This document shows positions 1 through 9,799 of a stretch of DNA of 64,000 bases, piece by piece. A program made the position numbers and the translations under genes. This DNA is from an uncultured Candidatus Poseidoniales archaeon. GTDB taxonomy: Archaea > Thermoplasmatota > Poseidoniia > Poseidoniales > Thalassarchaeaceae. The notes beneath the pieces were generated by a model. It was not told where the DNA came from. It worked only from the letters and a program-made list of their open reading frames with translations, and did not search any database. Location: contig CAXDMJ010000001.1 of NCBI GenBank assembly GCA_963990035.1, forward strand, positions 10,622-74,621, written 5' to 3'. Numbering within the stretch: position 1 is the first letter of the stretch; each line of letters begins with the position of its first letter.

Positions 1-553
1 TAATAGGACCTTTAGCAGAATCTCCAGGATCTGCTGCTCGACGAATCATAGTACATTCAACTTTTAGAGAACCACAAAAATCATACAAAGGAACTAATGT
101 CCTTGAAAGACCAGTAGTATTACATGAAACAACACGTGTACCTTGTGCATTGAAGTTTTCAAGATGGTTAGCACAAGATGTATATGAAAGACCAGTTAGT
201 GAATGTTTCTCACCTCCTTGAAACATATATTTCACACCTGCTGCCTTATATTTTGCAATATTATCTGCTCCCATTTTTCCCGGCGCACAATCAATAACAA
301 TATCTGCAATTGATAATAAATCGGATAATCCACCTTTACAATCATAACCATGTTCTGAAAATGACGAGATTTTCTTTTGATCATCAAAAGTACAATAGAG
401 AGGAAATCCTCTCTTAACGGCTAATCCACAGCCAAAAGAAGGACCAGTTTTAGTAACACCGACAATACTCATATCTTCCTGTGCATCAATTGCATCCGCT
501 ACACGCTTTCCTATTGTACCGAAACCATTTATTGCGACTTTTACAGTTACCAT
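1..553 (-). CDS. gap: Glyceraldehyde-3-phosphate dehydrogenase, archaeal type II (N-terminal part; ORF runs off left edge)
   Basis: My reverse-strand translation from the ATG (rc of 551-553) reads [36 protein letters not shown]... This contains the Rossmann motif 'NGFGTIGKR'. Further in, '[14 protein letters not shown]' (rc of ~100-141) carries the catalytic-Cys motif of archaeal GAPDH. The ORF is absent from the supplied track because it has no stop codon in the window. Confidence 0.85.
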   Translation of the reverse strand, partial: MVTVKVAINGFGTIGKRVADAIDAQEDMSIVGVTKTGPSFGCGLAVKRGFPLYCTFDDQKKISSFSEHGYDCKGGLSDLLSIADIVIDCAPGKMGADNIAKYKAAGVKYMFQGGEKHSLTGLSYTSCANHLENFNAQGTRVVSCNTTGLSRTLVPLYDFCGSLKVECTMIRRAADPGDSAKGPI

Positions 554-593
554 ATCCTCACACACTGACCCCTAGGGTATTTACCATGCCCGG

Positions 594-601
594 GTATAAA
601 C
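594..601 (-). promoter_or_regulatory. Candidate TATA box (GTTTATAC on minus strand) for gap
   Basis: The rc of 554-601 reads GTTTATACCCGGGCATGGTAAATACCCTAGGGGTCAGTGTGTGAGGAT, followed by ATG. The TTTATA element lies 41-48 nt upstream of the ATG, with GAGG just before the start. There is no experimental support. Confidence 0.2.
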
Positions 602-718
602 TCTATCAATATACCCTTTTTCAGATTGAGGAGGAGTAGAATATTGAAGTATAGATGAATTAATGTCTCCAGCCGTCAGAATCAAGACCGAATACTATGT
701 CAGAGTCATGAGAGTTGT

Positions 719-2260
719 ATGCGCGAAGTCACTGCTAAGAGTATTAAATTAAATCGCGACCTAGAGAAAATGCTCTCAGAAGCCCTAGATCGCGATTTAC
801 TGGTAAGAATAGGTTGGGGGCGAGGAGGTGATGAAAAACCTAAAGAAGGAGAAATAGGAGTGATTACACATCTTCCTGAAAAATCAAGAGTTTTACTATT
901 AGGTAATTTGGGAGAATGCGCAGGTGCGATGAATCAAGGGGGTAATCTAACCATACAGGGTAATTGCTCTTCAATGGCTGGAGCCTTTCAAAAAGATGGG
1001 CGTTTAATAATTGAAAAGGATGCAGGTTCAAAGATTGGATCCCACATGAATGGAGGGATGATAAATGTCCAAGGGTCAGTATCAAATAATGCAGGAGAAT
1101 CGATGAAAGGAGGGACTATACTCATTCGAGGGCATGCTGGTGAAAGAACTGGTGCTGGGATGTCGGATGGCTCAATAGTTGTATTAGGCTCTGTAGGAAA
1201 AGAACCAGGAGTAGGAATGACAGGAGGAAAAATATTCATTGCGGGAAATTGTCCTCCACCAGGTCATGGTGCTGATATGAGAAGTATTAATTCCAAAGAA
1301 ATATTAGAAATATCTGAACATTTAGAGCCTCTTGGTTTGTCTATAAATAAAGATGCATTAGTGATAGTTCCATCAGAAAAATTACAAAATCATCTAGAAT
1401 TACCTGAAACAAGCGTAATTGAAGGCTTTGAAAAAATATCAATAGTCCCCTCATCAAATAAGAGACTATCCAAACACAGCCCCCTAGACAACTATACTTT
1501 GATAAACCCAGTCGGTGATGATGAAAATGGGCTATTATTCCCTATTCCTTGGTTAATTCAGAAAGAACACTTGGAAGAAAATAAGTCATATATGATTTCT
1601 AAACAACCATGCATTGTAAGATCAAAACCAAGGAATATAGATTTACTATTAATAGATGAAAAAAACATAGTAGAGAGTTCAAAATACTTATCTCAATGTG
1701 CAGGTATTGTCCTCAATCTAGAAGAGCTCCCAGATATGAATGATGCTGAAATAGATGCATTATTAGTATCTTTAGGCAGTAAAATTCAAGAAAAATCATT
1801 AATGATATTGAGAGATAGAGTTGACAGAGTTGATAATCTATTCAGATTAATTGTGGAACTAAACTTAGATGGTGCCATAATAGATGCTGCAAGTTCTGGA
1901 GGAAGTAGAGCATCAGCTGCATTACCAAAGATAGGTCTGGCTGCTAGAGCAATGAACATAAATGAACAAGGAAGACATCTAATGATTGAGTTGGATGAAT
2001 CACCAAGTGCAGAAGACTTCATCATCGCCAAAGGCGCAGGCTGTTCGATAATAGTGGCGCCAGATACCGATGGATTATCTGAAGAAAATTTAGCATGGCT
2101 AGATTCAACTCTAAAAGGATGGATGATAGATTTAGGTATTGAAAGTATTGAAGAGATTACTAGAAGAAATCTTAGAGCAATAGATTATGATACGGCTGCA
2201 ATATCCGGATTAAGATTGATTGGTTACGACAGACCATTACCAATGTGGCTTGGAAATTAA
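719..2260 (+). CDS. GXGXG-motif protein (glutamate synthase alpha-subunit C-terminal domain / FwdC-like beta-helix) with a degenerate GltS-domain-2-like C-terminal half
   Basis: The N-terminal 190 aa is a run of G-rich beta-helix turns ('NQGGNLTIQGN','MNGGMINVQGS','MKGGTILIRGH','MSDGSIVVLGS','MTGGKIFIAGN'). The C-terminal 'LDGAIIDAASSGGSRASAALPKIGLAARAMN ... AKGAGCSIIV' resembles the ISGhdGGTGA segment of the GltS FMN domain, but without the conserved residues. Confidence 0.55.
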   Translation: MREVTAKSIKLNRDLEKMLSEALDRDLLVRIGWGRGGDEKPKEGEIGVITHLPEKSRVLLLGNLGECAGAMNQGGNLTIQGNCSSMAGAFQKDGRLIIEKDAGSKIGSHMNGGMINVQGSVSNNAGESMKGGTILIRGHAGERTGAGMSDGSIVVLGSVGKEPGVGMTGGKIFIAGNCPPPGHGADMRSINSKEILEISEHLEPLGLSINKDALVIVPSEKLQNHLELPETSVIEGFEKISIVPSSNKRLSKHSPLDNYTLINPVGDDENGLLFPIPWLIQKEHLEENKSYMISKQPCIVRSKPRNIDLLLIDEKNIVESSKYLSQCAGIVLNLEELPDMNDAEIDALLVSLGSKIQEKSLMILRDRVDRVDNLFRLIVELNLDGAIIDAASSGGSRASAALPKIGLAARAMNINEQGRHLMIELDESPSAEDFIIAKGAGCSIIVAPDTDGLSEENLAWLDSTLKGWMIDLGIESIEEITRRNLRAIDYDTAAISGLRLIGYDRPLPMWLGN

Positions 2261-2269
2261 GTGATTACT

Positions 2270-4024
2270 ATGCCAACTCTAAAATTCAATCATAGTATTT
2301 TGAAATTTATTCAAGATAAAAACGGAATCAAATATAATCCTGAAGAATGGGTTGAAAAAATGCCTTCAATAGGCTGTGTAGTAGAAGGGAACGATGAGTC
2401 AGGAATTGAAATAGAGATATTCCCGGATAGAACTGATTTACTAAGCCATGAAACAATTTCCAGAGCCGCTAGAGCTTTTCTAAATTCTGCAGAATATTCA
2501 CCTGATTTCCAAATATTGGAGGGCGAATTGAGTTTAACTGTTGATCCATCTCTAGAAAATATCCGTCCAATAATATTAGCAGCAGTTGTAAGAGGAGTGG
2601 ATAATGGAAGTAATTCAGAACAAAGAAATGAATTTATTCAATCATTGATGGAGCATCAAGAGAAATTACACCTGACTCTGGGTAGAAAAAGAAAATTCGC
2701 TTCGATTGGAGTGCATGATTTATCAGAATTAAAACCACCATTTAATGTAATCAGTGTAGATAAAAATCATACATTTGTGCCATTGGCAGAGAAAAAGGAA
2801 ATGACTATTGAAGAGATATTAAAATCACATCCTAAAGGGAAAGAATATGCTGATTTGATGGCAAATATGGACAAATACCCAATTATCATCGATTCTAGGA
2901 ATAAAGTATTATCATTCCCTCCGATTATTAATGGTGACCATACAACTGTTACAGAGAATACTACTGATTTTTTCATAGATGTTACTGGTTGGGATGAGAG
3001 ATCTTGTGAAGCATGTTTACTATTAATCTGCTTATCTCTAGCAGAAAGAGGAGGAGTAGTAGAATCAATTCAAATTAAAAATTGGAATGGAGAAATTTCT
3101 AATATACCAAGAGGAGATTCTAAAATTCATAAAGTTCCTGAGAGATTAATTTCAAAAATACTCGGTATTGAACTTGATAAATCTGAAATCGCTAATGCAA
3201 TTAAAAAAATGGGTGGAAGATTAATCGATTCAAGGACTGTTACTGATGGCCCAGATAAAGCCGAAAAATGGGCTGATTGCGTGGTTGGTGAAAAAGAACA
3301 TCTTATCGCTATGCCAAGATGGAGAAATGATATAATGCATCCTGTAGATATAGTTGAAGATATTGCTATAGGTTATGGTTATGATAACTTACCTGAACAA
3401 TTGTCTACCGTTCATTTAGACGCTATCCCATTACCATCTTCAAACTTACGTCGAAGAATTAGTGCAAGTCTTTGCGCACTAGGTTTACAGGAAACTCAGA
3501 GTTTAACATTATCGAATAATCGTGATCAATTTCATAAAATACGTTGGCCAGAAGTTGGTAAATGCACAGTTATTTCAAATCCTATAACTCAAGACCATAC
3601 TATGTTGAGGCAATACATACTTCCATCTTTACTGAATCTACTATCAGCAAATCGCCATCATGAATTACCGCAAAAAGTACATGAATTAGGGACTGTAGTA
3701 AGAGACTCTCACAATACCAATCGAGTAGCATGGGCCTGTGCAGAAGTAGGAGGAGGATTTTCAGCAGCTAAAGGAATCGCTAGTGCTTTACTTAGAGATC
3801 TTGGTGCAGACTTAACACAGTTGAGGTGGACTCCAATTAATGAAGAAGAAGGCCCTTGGATCAAAGGTAGAAGTGCAAAAATAACACTTAATGATGTAGA
3901 ATTAGGTCAAATTGGAGAGATAGATCCTAATGTATCATTTCAATTTGGTCTTCGTGTACCCATCCAAGCAGGGGAATTTGATGTCCATGCATTAGGCCAG
4001 GTAATACCTGATCCAGTCCTCTAA
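2270..4024 (+). CDS. pheT: Phenylalanine--tRNA ligase beta subunit, archaeal type
   Basis: It has an MPTLKF... N-terminus, 'FPPIINGDHTTVTENTTDFFIDVTG' (B3/4 domain signature) and a length of ~585 aa. The track ORF starts at GTG 2261, directly after the upstream stop. ATG 2270 fits the usual MPT start. Confidence 0.85.
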   Translation: MPTLKFNHSILKFIQDKNGIKYNPEEWVEKMPSIGCVVEGNDESGIEIEIFPDRTDLLSHETISRAARAFLNSAEYSPDFQILEGELSLTVDPSLENIRPIILAAVVRGVDNGSNSEQRNEFIQSLMEHQEKLHLTLGRKRKFASIGVHDLSELKPPFNVISVDKNHTFVPLAEKKEMTIEEILKSHPKGKEYADLMANMDKYPIIIDSRNKVLSFPPIINGDHTTVTENTTDFFIDVTGWDERSCEACLLLICLSLAERGGVVESIQIKNWNGEISNIPRGDSKIHKVPERLISKILGIELDKSEIANAIKKMGGRLIDSRTVTDGPDKAEKWADCVVGEKEHLIAMPRWRNDIMHPVDIVEDIAIGYGYDNLPEQLSTVHLDAIPLPSSNLRRRISASLCALGLQETQSLTLSNNRDQFHKIRWPEVGKCTVISNPITQDHTMLRQYILPSLLNLLSANRHHELPQKVHELGTVVRDSHNTNRVAWACAEVGGGFSAAKGIASALLRDLGADLTQLRWTPINEEEGPWIKGRSAKITLNDVELGQIGEIDPNVSFQFGLRVPIQAGEFDVHALGQVIPDPVL

Positions 4025-4034
4025 TTGGGAATCA

Positions 4035-4226
4035 TCACTCAGTTTTATCATCTGAAAAAATAGCCATAGCATCGATGAAATTTTTATTAGTAAGATGTGA
4101 ACGATCAGATTTTTTATCATTATCTGTCCGTATTTCTCTTTCATATTCCACTACTTTATTTTTTTCAACTTTCAATGCTTTCGCGCTGTCGATAGATTTT
4201 TTTCTGAATGGCCATATTGGCGCCAT
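4035..4226 (-). CDS. Small hypothetical protein (63 aa, K/E/D-rich)
   Basis: The only evidence is that the ORF fills the gap between pheT and the next gene. There is no recognisable motif and no SD-like sequence upstream. Confidence 0.25.
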   Translation of the reverse strand: MAPIWPFRKKSIDSAKALKVEKNKVVEYEREIRTDNDKKSDRSHLTNKNFIDAMAIFSDDKTE

Positions 4227-4318
4227 GATAGGTGAGATGCAACTAAGGACATGAATACTTCGTAGATTTAAGAGCGAAACAGGGAGATAATGAAAGAGGA
4301 GACCACCTAGGACGAGGT

Positions 4319-7213
4319 ATGCGTAAAGAGGCCGTAACTATAGCCATGGTGTTACTAATCTTACTACAAGTAGGGAATAATATTGAAATATATGCATTAG
4401 AAGATGAAAAAAATATAATATTGAAACAACAAAATCAAGGAGATGAACAAGATATTAGTTTAGATATACTTCTAGTAGGTAACTCTTACACTAGTTTCAA
4501 TGAATTAAATCAGAAAGTCGAAATGATATTGGACACTTCAGGTGTCAATTCGGATGTAGAGGCAGTTACTGGAGGAGGTATGAAATTATCAGATCATTTA
4601 GATGATGCAAATCAACAAGGTAATGAATTAAATGAAAAACTCTCTGAAGGTCATGATTATGTAGTTTTACAAGATCAAAGTCAGGTTCCATCATTACCTA
4701 CTAGTTCAGAATTTTGGATTGATAGTAAAAATGCAGTTGAGGAACTTAATGAAAGAATAATATCAGAAGGAGGGCAATCAATACTCTTGATGACTTGGGG
4801 ACGTAAAGATGGCGATACAAATTATGCAGAAAGAAATCCTGATTATCTAACTATGCAATTACATCTTCAACAAGGGTATGAAATGTATCTCGAAAATTCA
4901 ACAAATGAAAACAAACCAATATTTCTTGCTCCAGTTGGACTGGCATACAAGAATCTATACCATAAAGTCAATGATACGGGAGTAGATCCGACTGGAGATG
5001 CAAATGCTTTTTCAACACTTTATTCTAATGATGGGTCACACCCATCAATAGATGGATCATATCTTTCATCTTGTGTCCTATATTCAGTATTAACAGGAGA
5101 ATCCCCAGTAGGGGAATATTATCCAAGCCAAATCTCTCCTGAAAGAGCTTTAGAACTTCAACAGGCTGCTGCAAGTACAGTATTTAATGAGACACCAAAC
5201 TATACATATCCATTTGAAATTCAATCACCAGGTATAGAATTTGGTCCAGACTCAGGTTCTGTTTTTGCAATAGACCCAGGGTTGTTAATTAATCTAAATA
5301 TCAACTACACAAATTTAGAAGAATTTAATGATATTGCAAATATAAAAATCATAGGCCCTGATGACTGGCAAATTGCATGGAACTATTCTTTAGATGTGAA
5401 CCTAGGATTTGATTTCAACGCCCCATCGGATATTACTTCATGGATACAGTTTTCAATCACTGCACCTATCACAGAAAATGGAATGCCTTTAGCAAACTCA
5501 TTACATCAGTTTAGTATGGAACTCGTATCAAATTCTACGGGAATCAAAGATTGGTATAATTTTTCAATGAAGTATGGTTATTTCCATGGTGCTGAGATTA
5601 TAGAAGGAGGAGGAACCTATTCAATATCTCCATATGATGTTGCTACAATTGAAATGCGTGCTAAAAATATTGGTAATACTCAACGAGACCTCGCAGTAAG
5701 TATTAGACCGTTAGATGAAAATGGAAGTGAAATAGGAGATTATTCTCAAGCATTTGCTTTAGAAGAATGGAACGTATTTATTCAAGATAAAATGGAACTA
5801 TCTGCAATGTGGCCAAATGAAACAGGGAAAATTAGATTTCAAATACAATCACCATTATTAGTAAGTGGAAGTATATTCTTTGAGATTAAAATATGGAGTG
5901 TAGCAGTGCCTGAGGAGGCAGTATTTGCTATTCAGAGGGTGAATATTGTCCCACGATCAGGAGGTAATCTAGAATTAAATAATGTTGACTGCCAATTTGA
6001 AACAAGTCCTGGAGAAACGTGTCGAACAGAGTTAATAGTAGAAAATACGGGTGATATCACATATGATTTTGAATTAAAAATAAAACAAATTCCAGAATGG
6101 ATTAATGTAAATCTTAGTCAGAATCAATTATCATTAAATGCAGGTGAAATTAATAATCAGATATACCTTAATGTATCAATAAAAAATGGAACTCCTTCAG
6201 GAGAAGTTACTGATTTAATTGTAGAGTTATGGGTTGATGGATGGAATCCATCAAGTATAAGTTTCCAAGTTAAATCAGGAGATTACTTTGATTGGAGTTT
6301 AGTTGAAGAATTATACGAACACAATTATGATTATGAAAATAGGGTCGTAAATGTTTCAGCATCTTGGACTCTTACAAATATTGGTAATACGAATGATGGT
6401 TTAGTTGTTAATCTAGATTGCAATATTTTCACAGATTATGAATTAGAGATCCCACAAAATGCTGAAATTCAATCAACTCTTAGTCCACGTTCTTTTGAGA
6501 TATTAGACATCAATATTGGTGAGTCAGTTAGTTTTGTAGCATGGATGAATATTTCATATGATGAAATATCTGAAAGTATGTTTAATATTGAAAAACCCAC
6601 ATTAACTATCGAAGCTAGGTCAATAAGAGACCCTAGAATAATATTCCAAGGAAGTGAATCAGAAGATAATGATTTATTCCGTGATACAGGAGTTTCTACT
6701 GATAATGATAAAAACTCAAAAATCATTGAATTCTTTAGAATTTGGCAGACCGTAATCATAAGTCTAATTGTCGTACTTTTTGGTAGCATTGGTGTAGTTA
6801 AAGCAATACAATATAGACTGAAAGAAGATCGGAAGAGGATGGGGCTACCTATAGAAGAAAGTGAAACTGTGAATGATTGGATGTTAGGATTTACAAAAAA
6901 AACTAATTTAAAGGTCAATATTGAAACTATAACAATAGATTCAAAAGGTTTTGAAGAGGAATTTATTCAAAAATCTAAAGTTAGAAATATTGTTGATAAA
7001 GTAGGCCCTTCAAAATTTAGAGTGGAGAAAGCTAGTTCTTCATTAGATAGAGCAATGACGGAAGATGCATTAGATGACATAGTAGAGTTAGCAGATGATT
7101 TTTCTTTAGATAGAAACATTCATCCGAATAATAAGTTACTAGAAAAAAGAGATGAATTTGAATCGAGAATATCGAAATTAGAAAAAAAGAATAAAACTAA
7201 TGACGAGGGCTAG
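4319..7213 (+). CDS. Type-I membrane surface protein: signal peptide, SGNH/DUF4886-like hydrolase domain, several CARDB-like beta-sandwich modules, TM helix, ~190-aa K/E-rich cytoplasmic tail
   Basis: SGNH-like blocks are present: 'LLVGNSYTSFN', 'DYVVLQDQSQVPS', 'LLMTWGR', 'SNDGSHPSIDGSYLSSCVLYSVLTG'. CARDB-like strands are 'IEMRAKNIGNTQRDLAVSI', 'ELIVENTGDITYDFELKI' and 'SWTLTNIGNTNDGLVVNL'. The TM helix is 'IWQTVIISLIVVLFGSIGVV'. Confidence 0.55.
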   Translation: MRKEAVTIAMVLLILLQVGNNIEIYALEDEKNIILKQQNQGDEQDISLDILLVGNSYTSFNELNQKVEMILDTSGVNSDVEAVTGGGMKLSDHLDDANQQGNELNEKLSEGHDYVVLQDQSQVPSLPTSSEFWIDSKNAVEELNERIISEGGQSILLMTWGRKDGDTNYAERNPDYLTMQLHLQQGYEMYLENSTNENKPIFLAPVGLAYKNLYHKVNDTGVDPTGDANAFSTLYSNDGSHPSIDGSYLSSCVLYSVLTGESPVGEYYPSQISPERALELQQAAASTVFNETPNYTYPFEIQSPGIEFGPDSGSVFAIDPGLLINLNINYTNLEEFNDIANIKIIGPDDWQIAWNYSLDVNLGFDFNAPSDITSWIQFSITAPITENGMPLANSLHQFSMELVSNSTGIKDWYNFSMKYGYFHGAEIIEGGGTYSISPYDVATIEMRAKNIGNTQRDLAVSIRPLDENGSEIGDYSQAFALEEWNVFIQDKMELSAMWPNETGKIRFQIQSPLLVSGSIFFEIKIWSVAVPEEAVFAIQRVNIVPRSGGNLELNNVDCQFETSPGETCRTELIVENTGDITYDFELKIKQIPEWINVNLSQNQLSLNAGEINNQIYLNVSIKNGTPSGEVTDLIVELWVDGWNPSSISFQVKSGDYFDWSLVEELYEHNYDYENRVVNVSASWTLTNIGNTNDGLVVNLDCNIFTDYELEIPQNAEIQSTLSPRSFEILDINIGESVSFVAWMNISYDEISESMFNIEKPTLTIEARSIRDPRIIFQGSESEDNDLFRDTGVSTDNDKNSKIIEFFRIWQTVIISLIVVLFGSIGVVKAIQYRLKEDRKRMGLPIEESETVNDWMLGFTKKTNLKVNIETITIDSKGFEEEFIQKSKVRNIVDKVGPSKFRVEKASSSLDRAMTEDALDDIVELADDFSLDRNIHPNNKLLEKRDEFESRISKLEKKNKTNDEG

Positions 7214-7214
7214 A

Positions 7215-7943
7215 ATGTACAAAATAGGAGTAGATGAAGCAGGAAGAGGCCCAGCCATAGGACCATTAGTTGTTTGTGCATTATGTATCCCTGAATCGGA
7301 AATAGAAATTCTAGAATCAATAGGAGCTGATGATTCAAAGTTAATTAGTAGAAAAAAAAGAGATTTATTATCCAGTGAGATACTAATTGAAGCAGAAAAA
7401 AGAAAATGGTCAATAGGTATGGTTGTATGTGATGCTGACCGTATAGATCGAGAAAGAAAAAAAATAAATCTAAACCAGTTAGAAATAGAATTATTTAAAG
7501 AAGCAATTAATTTAACAGATATGGCAGCAAATAAAGGAGTTATTCTGGCTGATGCTTGTGATGTCAATGAACAACGATTTGAACAGAGAGTCAAATCAGT
7601 ATTAGGCGAGAAATGGGGTCATTGGAAAGTCGATGCAAAACATAAGATGGATTCGAAAGAAATAGTGGTTGGAGCAGCGAGTATTCTGGCGAAAGTTTGT
7701 AGAGATAAAGAAATTAATCGGATAAATGATTTACTTGACGTGGATATTGGAAGCGGTTATCCGTCCGATCCAAAAACAAAAAATGCAGTAAAGAAACTAG
7801 TTAATGACGAATTACCTAATCAATTCTTGAGATGGTCATGGGCTACGGTGAAAAATGCATGGAATGAAGTACACGGAACGCAAATCCCTATCCGTCAAGA
7901 AATAGATGAAATTAGAATTCAATCATCACTTAATGATTGGTAA
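7215..7943 (+). CDS. rnhB: Ribonuclease HII
   Basis: 'MYKIGVDEAGRGPAIGPLVVCAL' and 'GADDSKLIS' are RNase HII catalytic motifs. ATG 7215 lies 1 nt after the upstream stop. The track start at 7200 would overlap the upstream gene by 14 nt. Confidence 0.9.
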   Translation: MYKIGVDEAGRGPAIGPLVVCALCIPESEIEILESIGADDSKLISRKKRDLLSSEILIEAEKRKWSIGMVVCDADRIDRERKKINLNQLEIELFKEAINLTDMAANKGVILADACDVNEQRFEQRVKSVLGEKWGHWKVDAKHKMDSKEIVVGAASILAKVCRDKEINRINDLLDVDIGSGYPSDPKTKNAVKKLVNDELPNQFLRWSWATVKNAWNEVHGTQIPIRQEIDEIRIQSSLNDW

Positions 7944-7989
7944 ATACTGAAATGTGAAATGTAGTAGCCCAGTGGTAGAGTATGATAGT

Positions 7990-9717
7990 ATGGTTGATGA
8001 TAGCGAGTGGAGTTTAGATATTCTTGCCATTGTAAGGAAATATTCATTACAAAATGCTGTAGAATACAACGGATCAGGACAATCGGGTTCAGTCTTGGGT
8101 AGAATATTAGGGGAAAGAACTGATCTCAGAAGTAAAGCAAAGCAACTCAAACAATTAGTTGAAGTCGAAGTCGAAATTGCAAATAATTTGGCCAAAGAAA
8201 AAGGAGTCGGTGCAGTACGTCAAGCCTTACAAGAAACAAATCCAGAGGCTCTAAATAGACAGAAACAAACTAAAAGAGTTGGGTTGAAAGAATTACCAAA
8301 TGCAGAAAAGGGAAAGGTTGTGTTACGATTTGCACCAAATCCCAATGGCCCCTTGTCATTAGGTCATGCTAGAGGAGTCACTATAAATTCAGAATATGCA
8401 AATCTGTATGACGGAAAGGTTGTGTTAAGATTTGATGATACTGATTCTAAAGTAAAGCCGCCACTCAAAGAAGCATATGAATGGATAGAATCAGATTATA
8501 AGTGGCTTACTGGTAAGAACCCAGACATAATTATAAGAGCTTCAGAAAGAATGGATATCTATCTTCAATATGCTGAAGAAATGCTAAAAAAAGAGTTTGG
8601 ATACGTCTGTAAATGCTCTGCTGAAAAATTTAAAAAGTTAAGAGAAAACTCTCAAGAATGCCCTTGCAGAAATAAAGAGGTTCAAGGAAATTTATCAGAT
8701 TGGATAATGATGAATAATGGAGATTTAGGTGAAGGAAAAGCAGTTGTCAGAGTAAAAACTTCTATGGATTTACCAAACCCCGCATTGAGAGACTGGCCTG
8801 CATTAAGAATTCAGCACTCATTACACCCAATGGTTGGCGATAAATACAAAGTTTGGCCATTATTAGATTTCCAAAGTGCTATTGAAGATTATGAACAAGG
8901 CGTAACTCACATTATCAGAGGAAAAGATTTGATGGATTCAACTCGCAAACAAACGTTGCTTTATGACCACTTTGGATGGGTATATCCGGAAACTATGTAT
9001 TGGGGGAGAGTCAAAGTTCATGAATTTGGAAGTTTTTCGACCTCAGGTATGAGAAAAGATATAGAAGAGGGGAGATTCACTGGTTGGGATGATCCACGTT
9101 TACCAACTCTTCGTGCATTGCAGAGAAGAGGATTTAATTCAGATGCAATGAGAGATTTTTGGATAGACTTAGGACTAACACAAAAAGATATTTCTGTTTC
9201 ATTGCAAACTATAGAAGCATTTAATTCAAGTAAAATTGATGATAGTTGTGAAAGGAGGTCATTCATCAGAGACCCAAAATTATTAGAAATCGATATAGAA
9301 AATGACGAGGATATTAGCGATGAAATATCAATTAATAGACATCCAACAGAACTTATAGAAGGAGTGAGAATTTGGAATCTTAATGATAGGAAAATATATC
9401 TTGAAAGAAATGATATTGGAAAAAATAAAATGAGATTAAAAGATTATGCTGATATCGAGATTAAAGGAACGAAAGTTACTATTCAGTCTTATGATCGATT
9501 AGATAGAAGGCCTATTGTACATTGGTTGCCATCATTAATGGCAAAAAAAGCAACTTTAACTATCCCTAAAGGAAATGAAATTATCATTCAAGAAGGGATG
9601 ATGGAAGACTTTGAAATTGTCAAAGGGAATATTATACAACTTGAAAGAGTTGGTTATGCAATAATTGAATCAGAGGAAAAATCAGATATTATCAAATTAT
9701 TGTGGCTACATGGTTAA
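7990..9717 (+). CDS. gltX: Glutamate--tRNA ligase, archaeal type
   Basis: 'RFAPNPNGPLSLGHARG' is the class-I HIGH region, followed by 'THIIRGKDL' and 'FSTSGMRK' (KMSKS-like). The track ORF begins at GTG 7954. The first ATG is at 7990, so the start is uncertain. Confidence 0.85.
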   Translation: MVDDSEWSLDILAIVRKYSLQNAVEYNGSGQSGSVLGRILGERTDLRSKAKQLKQLVEVEVEIANNLAKEKGVGAVRQALQETNPEALNRQKQTKRVGLKELPNAEKGKVVLRFAPNPNGPLSLGHARGVTINSEYANLYDGKVVLRFDDTDSKVKPPLKEAYEWIESDYKWLTGKNPDIIIRASERMDIYLQYAEEMLKKEFGYVCKCSAEKFKKLRENSQECPCRNKEVQGNLSDWIMMNNGDLGEGKAVVRVKTSMDLPNPALRDWPALRIQHSLHPMVGDKYKVWPLLDFQSAIEDYEQGVTHIIRGKDLMDSTRKQTLLYDHFGWVYPETMYWGRVKVHEFGSFSTSGMRKDIEEGRFTGWDDPRLPTLRALQRRGFNSDAMRDFWIDLGLTQKDISVSLQTIEAFNSSKIDDSCERRSFIRDPKLLEIDIENDEDISDEISINRHPTELIEGVRIWNLNDRKIYLERNDIGKNKMRLKDYADIEIKGTKVTIQSYDRLDRRPIVHWLPSLMAKKATLTIPKGNEIIIQEGMMEDFEIVKGNIIQLERVGYAIIESEEKSDIIKLLWLHG

Positions 9718-9799
9718 TTCTTCAATGATACGAAAGATAGCCAGAATATGTATCTATTAAGCGTCGCATTGAAGTCTAGTAAGCCAACCAGTAGGTAAT

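Noticed and set aside
988-2031. Minus-strand ORFs 864-1085, 988-1239 and 1786-2031 lie inside the GXGXG gene.
   Set aside because: They are antisense to the G-rich beta-helix repeats, and their P/S-rich translations mark them as shadow ORFs.
6469-7594. Minus-strand ORFs 6469-6918 (149 aa) and 7178-7594 (138 aa).
   Set aside because: They are antisense to the well-supported 964-aa surface gene and to rnhB, and contain no motifs. They are spurious.
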